Virus record (IMG/VR): IMGVR_UViG_3300044840_000111
Span: 1 to 46,182 of that record
Reading direction: 5' to 3' (one strand)
DNA from: a virus
Taxonomy: Duplodnaviria > Caudoviricetes
DNA length: 46,182 bases
Part shown: piece after piece, positions 18,271 to 27,810 of the stretch
How positions within the stretch are numbered: position 1 is the first letter of the stretch
Layout of the letters: every line of letters begins with the position of its first letter
Position numbers and translations under genes: made by a program
The notes under the pieces: model-generated
What the model saw: only the letters and a program-made list of their open reading frames with translations
Told to the model about the DNA's origin: nothing
The model's database searches: none

Positions 18271-19695
18271 ATGCCGCCAACCATACGACACAGGAATGGC
18301 ACCATCTTCCTAGACAATACGCCGCTGCAAGAGGGTGCCTTTCAGGAAACCTATTTAACCGCTGAGGGCACTGCCGCCGCATCTACGCTCACCGTGAAAA
18401 GCATCACGGCGTTCGCCATCAATCAGATCCTCCTTATCGAGGACATCGGGACGGAGAACGCAGAGATCGTCAAGACCCACGCTTCTACCGCGCCGACCGG
18501 CTCGACGGTTACACTCTCCGCGGCACTCGCCAAGACACATCCAGTTGGTTCCAAGGTCTACATCATCGCCTTCGACCAAGTGGTTCTCTATCACGCTACC
18601 GCTCTGGCAGGCAGCAAGACCGCGCTTACGCTCAACTCAGGCGTAGTGTCCCTTCAGCCGGACGTGAGAATCCAACGATACAAGGAAACTGAATTCACCA
18701 CAGGATTTTACGTCGCTCGTTACAAAGAATCTATCGGCGGCACGTTCAGCGATTACACCGATTACATCACCTACAACGGGTGGGCCACAAACACCGTCGG
18801 CTACATGATCGACACCGCACTTCGAGAACTGAAGCTGACCCTTTCGGACATTATTTCCCGCTTCGACTGCTACACATGGCTCACTGAAATGCTGCGCGAG
18901 GTGGAGGGCAAGCAAGTCCGCTGGCCCGACCACTACGCTTTCAATGCAATCCTTGGACAGACAACGGCGGGCAACAACGTCACCGCCATGCCAACCGACG
19001 CCTACGACACGGAGAGCAACAAATCGCTTTTAGCCGTTAGGGTAGGCACGGGCGCACCACTTAACTACCTTGACCCCATCGAGTTCGACGAGCTGTTCGA
19101 CGGCATCGAAACGACGACAACCCGCTCCTCAACATCAGTCGGCGCGACAACTCTCCCGCTCACCAACTCCTATGACTTCCCCACATCGGGCAGTGTTAGT
19201 TTCTACGTTTCTGGCACGCTCTACAGCGTCACCTACACTGGTGTGACGCGAGACACGGCCGCTGGCGCGACAGGAGCCCTCACAGGCGTCCCAGCCTCCG
19301 GGACAGGCTCAGTGAGCATCATTATCCCTTCTGGCACGTACATCTGGGCAGGCGCGTCATTCGGCACGCCGACCGACTTCACCATCCGCAACACCAACAT
19401 CGAAACCTACCCGGTGCCGGACGCCTCAAATCTGAACATCTATGCCGACTACGCAAAAGTAGCGACTACGATCGACAGCGACGGCGACACCATCGACCTT
19501 CAGCGTTTCGACATGGCACAAAACTATTTAACTTGGCGCATCAAGATGAAGGCCCGAAACGACAACAACCTCGACCAGAACGACGGCTACTGTATCAAAT
19601 ACAAAGAGAAGCTGAACGATGCGATACGAACGTCAGCACCAAGCCAGATCAGACAAAGGCCGCAACCCCGCATCAACCGGATGAGCAAGCACTAA
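18271..19695 (+). CDS. Head-tail adaptor / tail tubular protein A-like with inserted beta domains
   Basis: Helical N- and C-terminal portions (GTPTDF.I..., YP.PD) surrounding Thr-rich inserts; operon position. Confidence 0.6.
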   Translation: MPPTIRHRNGTIFLDNTPLQEGAFQETYLTAEGTAAASTLTVKSITAFAINQILLIEDIGTENAEIVKTHASTAPTGSTVTLSAALAKTHPVGSKVYIIAFDQVVLYHATALAGSKTALTLNSGVVSLQPDVRIQRYKETEFTTGFYVARYKESIGGTFSDYTDYITYNGWATNTVGYMIDTALRELKLTLSDIISRFDCYTWLTEMLREVEGKQVRWPDHYAFNAILGQTTAGNNVTAMPTDAYDTESNKSLLAVRVGTGAPLNYLDPIEFDELFDGIETTTTRSSTSVGATTLPLTNSYDFPTSGSVSFYVSGTLYSVTYTGVTRDTAAGATGALTGVPASGTGSVSIIIPSGTYIWAGASFGTPTDFTIRNTNIETYPVPDASNLNIYADYAKVATTIDSDGDTIDLQRFDMAQNYLTWRIKMKARNDNNLDQNDGYCIKYKEKLNDAIRTSAPSQIRQRPQPRINRMSKH

Positions 19696-19698
19696 TCT

Positions 19699-21177
19699 AT
19701 GGCTCGCATCCCTTTTTTATTCGACGATTTCTCAGGAGGCCAAGCCGACAATTTAAACCTACCTATCATGCCGCTTGGCTGTGTTGAGCTTCTGCTCAAC
19801 ATGACCGCTGACGAGGAAATAGGGAGCGCCGTTTCACGGCTTGGTACAGCCATCGTAGGGGCACAGCTCGTATCAGGGAAAAGCATTCTCGGTCTGGCCC
19901 AGCATGTAGACCAGAGCGACAGCACAAAGAATAAACTCTTCGCATGTGTCAACGATAGCTCAAATACAAACTCTGATATCTATGATGTTACGGCAGGAAC
20001 GAAGAGCCTTCAGGATGACACTCAGGGAATAAAGTGCCGCTTCTTAAACTACAACGGCGACACGTTGCGCTTGAACGGCACCGACGCTCCCAAGGCATAT
20101 AACTCGTCTTCATGGATAACGACCGGCGGCGTCTTCGACCTCGCCAACATGCCCACAGGCTACAAGTATGCGAAGGTATTCCTCTCTCGCGTCTATCTCT
20201 GGGGCAATTCCTCTAGCCCGTACACCCTCGCATATTCAGGAGTCCTCACCAGCGGCGCAGTCTCATGGCTATCGGGAAACGGAACGATAGAAATTGAGCC
20301 GGAAGACAACGGAGGAGCGGCTACCGGGATCGGAAAAGTCCCCGGCTACCTCCTCCTTTTCAAGGAACGCTCCTTACACCGTTGGAATTTCAGTTCGGCG
20401 TTCCCCGAAGAATTGGTAAACATCGGCACGCCATCGCACGAGAGCATCGTCGAATCCGGCGGGCTGTGCGCCTTCTTCTCGGCCTCGAATGAGAGTGACA
20501 GGGGATTTTTCGTAACCAACGGCGGGCGGCCTCAGCCCATCTCGCACGACACGACACGGCCTATCAAGAAGTGGGTTGATGCTATTCCGACGGCCAACGA
20601 AGCCAGCGTAGCGGGCTGGGCGACCAACCGCGGCTTCGCCTGGAGTGTAGGCGATCTCACCGTTGACGGAGAGGCGTACACGAACGTTGTTCTCTACTAC
20701 AACCGCATCCTTAACCAGTGGTCGGTCCGCTCCTACCCTTCCGAATTTAAGGTCTTCGCTCCCTACATCACCGGAGGCATCAACACCATCGTAGGCGGGG
20801 ATGACGCCGGAACGGTCTTTCGTATGGACAAGGCGGCGACCTATGCAGACAACGGTACTGCAATCCGGTGGAAGCTCCGCACTCCCCATCAGAAATTTGG
20901 CAGCAACACCCTTAAGACCATCTCAGACAAAGTGATTGTTCGAGGACGCAACATTCAGGGTGCATCTACCAGTGCGATACCCGATGAGGATGTTACTGCC
21001 GCCGTCACGCTCGGCAGCCCGAACGCCCTGCGAAGGCTCCTGTCCCTTTTTGGTGTCACCAAATCCATTTCCGGCACCACAATCAGCATCGAGGTCACAG
21101 GCGAGACAACAGCAGCACGCGCATATGTTCAAGAGATCGAGTTACCAGCCGTGGACGTTCAACTTTCATACGTATGA
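19699..21177 (+). CDS. Tail tubular B / P22 gp10-like stabilisation protein (beta-propeller)
   Basis: N-terminal F.DFSGG...N....G....R.G; LLLFKE.S motif. Confidence 0.7.
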   Translation: MARIPFLFDDFSGGQADNLNLPIMPLGCVELLLNMTADEEIGSAVSRLGTAIVGAQLVSGKSILGLAQHVDQSDSTKNKLFACVNDSSNTNSDIYDVTAGTKSLQDDTQGIKCRFLNYNGDTLRLNGTDAPKAYNSSSWITTGGVFDLANMPTGYKYAKVFLSRVYLWGNSSSPYTLAYSGVLTSGAVSWLSGNGTIEIEPEDNGGAATGIGKVPGYLLLFKERSLHRWNFSSAFPEELVNIGTPSHESIVESGGLCAFFSASNESDRGFFVTNGGRPQPISHDTTRPIKKWVDAIPTANEASVAGWATNRGFAWSVGDLTVDGEAYTNVVLYYNRILNQWSVRSYPSEFKVFAPYITGGINTIVGGDDAGTVFRMDKAATYADNGTAIRWKLRTPHQKFGSNTLKTISDKVIVRGRNIQGASTSAIPDEDVTAAVTLGSPNALRRLLSLFGVTKSISGTTISIEVTGETTAARAYVQEIELPAVDVQLSYV

Positions 21178-23309
21178 CTTACACCATCGACGACATAATA
21201 AAAGCACCGCAATTCTTTGGAGAAGCGTCTGCGTCATTCCAAAACGCCTTTTCAGAAGCAATAGGGCCACAGGTTCTCGGCTCACCGGAGCAAGGCACCC
21301 AACTGCTTAACCTGGGACGCGGCGGCCGTGTCCTCTCTATCCTCCCCGGAGATGACTTTCAAAAGGCGGTTAATTACCTGCATGTCCTCGGAGGAGGAAC
21401 GGTCTTCCTCGGCGGCGGCCAACATAATTGGCGCTTTAATCCGACCCTCTACAGCAACATCGCCGTCAAGGGAGACAATGTAGGCACCGTCGTTGACTTC
21501 GGCGGAGGGGCATATCAATTCCAAATCGTCGGCTCGAATCCTTACTCGACGGGCACACTCGCGGTATCGAGCGGTGCGACATCTGTAGTCGGGACAGGCA
21601 CCGCCTGGACGGCCGCAATGATCGGCCGATCCATTCTCATACAAGACCTTTGGTACGAGATCACCGCTGTTACGGACACCACTCATCTTACGATCGGCAG
21701 CACCTTTGCCGGCACCGTTCTCTCTGGCGCTACCTACGTAATAGCCGACATCATTGAATCAGTTTCCATCTCAGGCATTACGGTACAAAACTCTTCCGTC
21801 GCACTCATCAAGGCCCGCTACTTCGATGACCTCGTGCTGGAAGACGTCTTCTTCTCGGCTGGCGCAGCGGCGCTCGACGCAGACGACTCCAGCGGCCTCC
21901 AGGTATTGGGTTGTTTCGGCGATAGCTGCATCGAAGGATTCAACCTGGCCAACTGCCGGTATGGAGCCTTCAACAACAGCTCTGCGTTCAACATCACCGG
22001 AGGCAACGCCCTCACGCTAACAAACTGCTCGAATTGGTCTTCTCTCGGCCTTTCGTTTGAACAGGTAGTCGGACAAGGAATTTCGCTCGACGGCACCACC
22101 GATTTTACGCTTGACTCGATCACCTGCAAAAACATTACCGGCAAGGGAATTGAGTTCGTTGCCAACTGCAACACCATCAGCCTGCTCAACGCCACGGTGC
22201 GCTATTGCAGCTCAGACGGAGTAAAACTGACTGCCTCTTCTGACGGCATCGCGATCTACGGCTGCGCCTTTGACAACAACACCGGCTACGGCGTGAACAT
22301 CGCGGCAGCAACATGCGACAACAATGAAATCGAAGGTAACGTCTTCTCATCCAACACTGCCGGCGACATAAACGATTTGGGAACCTTGACTATAAAGGTC
22401 GGCAACTCGCCGGTTGCGTTGAACACTTCGACGTATAATCCCGGGGGCACCGATGTCGCAGTAGCAGATGGCGGTACAGGAGCTTCGACTGCGGCTAATG
22501 CACGTACTAATCTTGGTGTTGATGCAGCTGGCACAGCAGCGTCTCTCATTGCTACTCATGAGGCAGACACGACATCCGTTCATGGTATCACTGATACATC
22601 CACTCTATATAGAGCGGGAGGCACAGACGTTGCCGTTGCAGACGGCGGGACGGGCGCGAGCACGGCCGCTACTGCGCGATCCAATCTCGGCGTAGCTCCT
22701 GTGACCGCGAAATATATTGTGCAAACTGCTGATTCGGAATTGAATGCCGAGCAAGCACTTGCCGCGTTGGCAACGGGAGTCGTGAAAAACACGACAACAA
22801 CGGGCGTTCTCTCGATCGCCGCCAATTCTGATTTACCGGCCATGTCTGCAACCGTTGGCGGCGCGGTTCCTACTCCTCCTAATGATACGACCAAATTCTT
22901 ACGGGGTGATGGGACATTCGCCGTCCCGCCCACCTCCACTCCCGTTTATAAGAACGGCACGACAACAAAAGACCTCTCAGACGCGAGCACTACACAGAAC
23001 ATTGCGCATGGAATAGGAGCGACCCCGAAATACGTGCGGCTAACGGCGAGTTTCGATCCTTCGGCCGGTATAACAGGAAGCTACACGCCTACGATAGTCT
23101 TCAGTGTCTACAACGGCACGACCCAATCGAGCGGGGGCTCAGCTCTTGAAAGCGAGTACAACGTCGTCACCACGTTCAAGATCTCTAACGGTAACGCCAC
23201 CAACCAGGTCGGCGTCATCACATTCGACGCCACCAACATCATCATCACCTGGACTAAGACAGGAAGTCCCGTAGGAACAGCCAACCTTCTCTGGGAGGCA
23301 TTTGGTTGA
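21174..23309 (+). CDS. Tail spike with right-handed beta-helix (pectin-lyase-like) domain
   Basis: GDD.QKA...L...GGGTVFL; parallel beta-helix repeats (N...GI, DG, NN.GYGVNI). Confidence 0.75.
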   Translation: MTYTIDDIIKAPQFFGEASASFQNAFSEAIGPQVLGSPEQGTQLLNLGRGGRVLSILPGDDFQKAVNYLHVLGGGTVFLGGGQHNWRFNPTLYSNIAVKGDNVGTVVDFGGGAYQFQIVGSNPYSTGTLAVSSGATSVVGTGTAWTAAMIGRSILIQDLWYEITAVTDTTHLTIGSTFAGTVLSGATYVIADIIESVSISGITVQNSSVALIKARYFDDLVLEDVFFSAGAAALDADDSSGLQVLGCFGDSCIEGFNLANCRYGAFNNSSAFNITGGNALTLTNCSNWSSLGLSFEQVVGQGISLDGTTDFTLDSITCKNITGKGIEFVANCNTISLLNATVRYCSSDGVKLTASSDGIAIYGCAFDNNTGYGVNIAAATCDNNEIEGNVFSSNTAGDINDLGTLTIKVGNSPVALNTSTYNPGGTDVAVADGGTGASTAANARTNLGVDAAGTAASLIATHEADTTSVHGITDTSTLYRAGGTDVAVADGGTGASTAATARSNLGVAPVTAKYIVQTADSELNAEQALAALATGVVKNTTTTGVLSIAANSDLPAMSATVGGAVPTPPNDTTKFLRGDGTFAVPPTSTPVYKNGTTTKDLSDASTTQNIAHGIGATPKYVRLTASFDPSAGITGSYTPTIVFSVYNGTTQSSGGSALESEYNVVTTFKISNGNATNQVGVITFDATNIIITWTKTGSPVGTANLLWEAFG
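22443..22694 (+). repeat. Duplicated tail-fibre motif GGTDVAVADGGTGASTAAxARxNLGV
   Basis: Copies at 22443-22520 and 22617-22694; near-identical protein, divergent synonymous codons. Confidence 0.85.
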
Positions 23310-23326
23310 TGATATAATTTCTTTAT

Positions 23327-24658
23327 ATGCCTACAACTCTTTGGGACCCGAAATCTGGAACGAAGCCCGTCATGGGGCAAGCTGTCCTCTATGCGATTCC
23401 TACCGGCGGTTCTCCTCAGTACAACATTATCGTACAGCCGTGGACCGGTGCTCCTCCGCAGGGTCAAACTCCCATCAGCTACGAACAGGGCAAGCAATAT
23501 CTTCAAGACGCCGTAAATTCACTTCAATCCAATTCCCACAACATCAACGCGTCAGCGTTTAAATCCCAACAGACCTATTGGAACAGCCTCTTATCTGATT
23601 TTACGAACAAGACCGGCCAGTACAGCTTCCAGATCGACCCGTACCTGTCGACCAATTTCAAGCCAGACGCGGCGACGCCCAATATCGCCAATTATACCGA
23701 CGCCGGGAAAGCGGCTTACATCTCGCCGGAACAAGGCTTGGCCGATTCGCAGAAGAAAGCCGTCGCTAACGGCGGCCTTACCCAAGCGCAGCTTGACGCA
23801 CAGAATAAAGCCAATCAAGCAGCAGGTGGAGTTGCGCCGGGTCAGACGCCACTACCCAGCACCCCTTCCGCACCGACCGGCACGACCACGACGACGGCCC
23901 CTCCGCCCGGCGCCGATCCAAATGCAGCCGCGCTATCGGCTCTCCTAAGCAATCCCAGCCTCTCGGCAGACCAGAAAGCGGCAATCCAACACATATACGA
24001 GACCGTCTCAGCTAATGACACGGCCCAAGCCAACCGCCTCATCGCCGGGTTCAATGCTGCCACTCAATACTCAGACCCCTTTTTTAAGGCGCAGATTCGT
24101 CTTGCGACCGACGCACTGACCAACGCATTCCAAGCGACTGACGGAGATTTAGCTTTTAAGGAGACTTCGCTCCGCAACACCCTTGCCGATCTCGAAAAGA
24201 ACACGGCCGCTTCAAAGAATTCGTTATCTCTCGACGAGCAGCAGCAGCTCAACGGTCTTAAGAAACAATTGGAGACGGAATTACAAGGAACGCAGGACAA
24301 ACTGGCTGCAACAGGCTTCACCACGTCATCCGTGCGTTCTCGTTCCGAGCAGCTTCTAAAAGACACCTACGGCGACATGACGCAGAGCACGACGAGAGCG
24401 TTCGGTGACAAGACGAGATCGCTGGACTCTAACCTCGCATCCGGCCAGCGGGATACGGCAGCTCAGATCGAGTACTACAAACAGCTCGCAGCCCAAGGGA
24501 AACTTGACGCTCTCCGAAAGACAGAAGAGCAGGTAGGTTCAAGTAATCTCGCAGCCCTCGGCTACAACGGTCTTCTCGGTGGAGTGGGCGGCACAATCCC
24601 ACAAAAGCAAATCACGGACGCATTAGCATTCGCGGGAAGCTCCGGCTTCGTCTTCTAA
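23327..24658 (+). CDS. Internal virion / DNA ejection protein
   Basis: Ala/Gln-rich helical protein with GF.TS..R motif; own TGATATAAT promoter. Confidence 0.6.
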   Translation: MPTTLWDPKSGTKPVMGQAVLYAIPTGGSPQYNIIVQPWTGAPPQGQTPISYEQGKQYLQDAVNSLQSNSHNINASAFKSQQTYWNSLLSDFTNKTGQYSFQIDPYLSTNFKPDAATPNIANYTDAGKAAYISPEQGLADSQKKAVANGGLTQAQLDAQNKANQAAGGVAPGQTPLPSTPSAPTGTTTTTAPPPGADPNAAALSALLSNPSLSADQKAAIQHIYETVSANDTAQANRLIAGFNAATQYSDPFFKAQIRLATDALTNAFQATDGDLAFKETSLRNTLADLEKNTAASKNSLSLDEQQQLNGLKKQLETELQGTQDKLAATGFTTSSVRSRSEQLLKDTYGDMTQSTTRAFGDKTRSLDSNLASGQRDTAAQIEYYKQLAAQGKLDALRKTEEQVGSSNLAALGYNGLLGGVGGTIPQKQITDALAFAGSSGFVF

Positions 24659-24661
24659 TGT

Positions 24662-25978
24662 ATGGACTCAGCAACACTTGAACGAGCAAAAAAGGCCATC
24701 GCCGGCATTGAGAGCAGCGGTAACTACGCTGCATTAGGTGTTGCCAACAAAGCAGGACAGCGCGCATACGGCAAATATCAGGTCATGGACTTCAACATCC
24801 CGTCCTGGACGAAAGCAGCGCTCGGAAAAAGCTTCACCCCGCAGCAGTTCCTCGCAGATCCGCAGGCACAAGAAAAGGTGTTCGAGCATAAGTTTCAGTC
24901 ATATGTTCAACAGTACGGCTCACCAGAGAACGCAGCGAAGGTTTGGTTCGGCGGTCCCGGAGCACTGAACAACCCAAACGCCAAAGACGTCCTCGGCACC
25001 AGCGTTTCGGGCTACGCTCAAAAATTCAATCAATCGTTCGGAGACCAACCACAGTACAACGCCTCATCCGGATCGCTGCCATCTATGGCCGAACTCTCTC
25101 AGGTCCCGGGAGCGGAAGGACAGCAGAACGGCCTTCTGTCGTTTGCGGACAGCCTTTCTAAGGCGGTCAACCTCGCCAAGCAGAACCGCAATAGCGTCTC
25201 TCTGGATTTTATGAAGCCGTTCGCTGGCACCGTCGCAGCCTCAGACTTCAACTCGGTCCTTGGACATCTTAATCAGGCGAGCGACACGTTCGCGCAGGAT
25301 CAGCTCAAGAACAACACCCCAACCTACAAGACAGAACAAGTCGGTAATACGGTTTACCAATTTCAGGTTGATGGCAGCGGCAAAATCATTGGCAAACCCG
25401 TTCCTATCGTTTCGTCCGGAGTCGATGATGGAGACTCGAAAGTTTTAAGCGTTGCTGAGGCGCAAGCATTGGGCGTCCCCTACGGTACTACGCAAACTGA
25501 AGCCTCAGCTCTCGGAAAAACGCCGGAGAAACCCCCCACAGAGGCTCAAGGAAAGGATTTAACTTATGCAAATCGTGCCGACCAAGCAAATGTGTTCATC
25601 AAGAATTTGGAGAGTGAGGTAACGAAGGCAAATCCAATTCAGTTTTCGGCTGAACGATTAGCTGAACCAACGACTATCGGAAACACGTTCGTCAGCGATA
25701 CCATCAGACAAGTCAGCCAAGCTGAACGCAACTTCCTTACTGCTCTACTTCGCCGTGAGTCTGGCGCGACGATCAGCCCATCTGAATTTGCTGTCGCGTC
25801 AAAACAGTATTTTCCACGTCCGGGTGACGACCAACAGACCCTGAAACAGAAGGCTCAAAACCGCCAGACGGCTATTGATTCGTTCAGACAATCAGCCGGC
25901 AGTGCCGGCGCAGAACCAAGCGCAGGTAGTTTTACCGGCAAGACCTCATCGGGACTCGGCTACACCGTCATTCCGTAA
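24662..25978 (+). CDS. Ejection protein with N-terminal lytic transglycosylase domain
   Basis: IAGIESSGNY (catalytic Glu) and AYGKYQVM; C-terminal LRRESGA.I...E.....QYFP. Confidence 0.8.
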   Translation: MDSATLERAKKAIAGIESSGNYAALGVANKAGQRAYGKYQVMDFNIPSWTKAALGKSFTPQQFLADPQAQEKVFEHKFQSYVQQYGSPENAAKVWFGGPGALNNPNAKDVLGTSVSGYAQKFNQSFGDQPQYNASSGSLPSMAELSQVPGAEGQQNGLLSFADSLSKAVNLAKQNRNSVSLDFMKPFAGTVAASDFNSVLGHLNQASDTFAQDQLKNNTPTYKTEQVGNTVYQFQVDGSGKIIGKPVPIVSSGVDDGDSKVLSVAEAQALGVPYGTTQTEASALGKTPEKPPTEAQGKDLTYANRADQANVFIKNLESEVTKANPIQFSAERLAEPTTIGNTFVSDTIRQVSQAERNFLTALLRRESGATISPSEFAVASKQYFPRPGDDQQTLKQKAQNRQTAIDSFRQSAGSAGAEPSAGSFTGKTSSGLGYTVIP

Positions 25979-25981
25979 TTT

Positions 25982-27622
25982 ATGTCTACTATCACTTTCG
26001 ACAACGGCATGAAGGTTAACTTCAACGGCACCCCTACCCAGCAGGACATTGAAGAGGTGGCCGGGCAGCTCGGCCTTGGCGCAGCCCCAGCGACGTCAAG
26101 TCACACTCTCCATGAGGCTCCTGCTCTCTCTCCCATTCAAGATATCGCGGACACGACCAAACGTGGCCTAGGCGCTGGGATAAAAGCTGCTGGTAATTTG
26201 CCTTCATCGGCCGCCGACTTCGCAAAGAACATCGTCAAAACCGTCGCTCATCCTATCGACACGGCAAAGAACGTCGGACTGGCCGCGACCGGAGCACTTG
26301 ACGCTCTCGCCGGTAAGATCACCGGCAAACCGATACCAACAACATTTGGAAATGGAAACGCTAACGAAACCACGAACGCATTTCACTCCATCGCTGGTGC
26401 TCTAAAAGATCGTTATGGCTCCCTTGAAAATCTACAGCACACGGCCACGACAGACCCGTTCGGTTTTAGTGCGGATGTACTCAGTGTCATTTCAGGGGGG
26501 GCAGGGGTGGCTGGCAAGACTGCCGAGTTAGGCAGTGCCATCTCCAAGACCTCGAAGCTCGCTACGACACCAGCCAAAGCAATAGCGTCAAACGTCGCAA
26601 AGAAGACCTCTGCTACAGCCAGCTTCGCAACGTCGAATTTGACAGGCCTAGAGCATTCAACGATCAGCACTGCACTCGAACAGTCACAAGCACTGTCGGC
26701 AGCTCAGAAAGCAGGGCTCAACAGAGCTACACTAGGAATCGACCTCCAATCGACAATCGATGCACGAGTTTCACATCTATCGGACCTCGGAAAAGGATAC
26801 GAGCCGATCCGTACAATGCAATTGCCGGTCATGCTGCCGAAAGACTGGCTTGCAACAATCCTCAATAAGCACAACATCGAGATCGGACCAAACGGCAAGA
26901 TCGCGACCACAAAAGAAAGCACCGTATTGAATCCCACCGACGTTCAGGCACTACAGCATTTCCATGACCTCTATGCCAAAGACCCGCTGCACACACCAAA
27001 TTCGTATCTCAACACTCGTGATGCCCTCACGCAGCTCTCCAAATTCGATGCCGCCAAAACAGGCAACCTACAATCTATAGCACGCGACGCTAGAGCCGAA
27101 CTCAACCGTTACCGCAATCAAGTGCCAAACCTCGAACACCTCGACAACCTTTATTCGCCCGAAGTACAAGAACTGAAGCAGATCAAAAAGGAATGGATCA
27201 ATCCACAAACGGGCGAACTCAAAGACAACGTCCTCTCGCAAATTGCAAATGCGGCGAACGACAGCAAAGGCGGCGCTAACCCAGTAGTGAATGCTAAGCT
27301 CGCGCGTCTTGAGGCTGTTCAGCCGGGCATCACCCACCAAATCAAGCTTGTCAGAGCAATTGAGGATATTGAGAAGGCAAGCGGCATCAAAGTTGGAACC
27401 TACTCCCGCGTCGGCACAGTCACGGGGCTTGGACTAACCGGGAACGTTCCTGCTGCAATCGTTACCGCGATACTGACCTCGCCTGAAGTCGCCGTCCCTC
27501 TCATCAAAGGGCTCGGCTGGACCAAGACCAAAATAGCTCCGTTGCTGCAGGCGCTGAAAGAGGCAGGAGGCAACGTCAATAATTTCCGTCTTCCCGCTCC
27601 GCAATTACCAGCCGTGAAGTAG
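25982..27622 (+). CDS. Internal virion / DNA ejection protein
   Basis: Long helical Ala/Gly-rich protein with RYGSLE.....TDPFG motif; third ejection gene. Confidence 0.6.
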   Translation: MSTITFDNGMKVNFNGTPTQQDIEEVAGQLGLGAAPATSSHTLHEAPALSPIQDIADTTKRGLGAGIKAAGNLPSSAADFAKNIVKTVAHPIDTAKNVGLAATGALDALAGKITGKPIPTTFGNGNANETTNAFHSIAGALKDRYGSLENLQHTATTDPFGFSADVLSVISGGAGVAGKTAELGSAISKTSKLATTPAKAIASNVAKKTSATASFATSNLTGLEHSTISTALEQSQALSAAQKAGLNRATLGIDLQSTIDARVSHLSDLGKGYEPIRTMQLPVMLPKDWLATILNKHNIEIGPNGKIATTKESTVLNPTDVQALQHFHDLYAKDPLHTPNSYLNTRDALTQLSKFDAAKTGNLQSIARDARAELNRYRNQVPNLEHLDNLYSPEVQELKQIKKEWINPQTGELKDNVLSQIANAANDSKGGANPVVNAKLARLEAVQPGITHQIKLVRAIEDIEKASGIKVGTYSRVGTVTGLGLTGNVPAAIVTAILTSPEVAVPLIKGLGWTKTKIAPLLQALKEAGGNVNNFRLPAPQLPAVK

Positions 27623-27755
27623 CATATTTGAATATGACAAATCCGAAACACACCGAAGCCAAGATAGCAGCCGTCTCAACCCAACCATACATGCTCGAAC
27701 ATGTCGCGATCGCCACAATGACTACGAAACCGACAGAGCCCGCAGTCCATTTCAT
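27576..27755 (-). CDS. 59-aa two-TM membrane protein (antisense moron)
   Basis: Manual translation MKWTAGSVGFVVIVAIATCSSMYGWVETAAILASVCFGFVIFKYATSRLVIAEREDGNY; TGAGATAAT 6 nt upstream; fills the intergenic gap. Confidence 0.55.
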   Translation of the reverse strand: MKWTAGSVGFVVIVAIATCSSMYGWVETAAILASVCFGFVIFKYATSRLVIAEREDGNY

Positions 27756-27810
27756 CCACGCATTATCTCACCCAAGCGCGTCTGCCGCGAGGGTATAATG
27801 TTTATAACGT

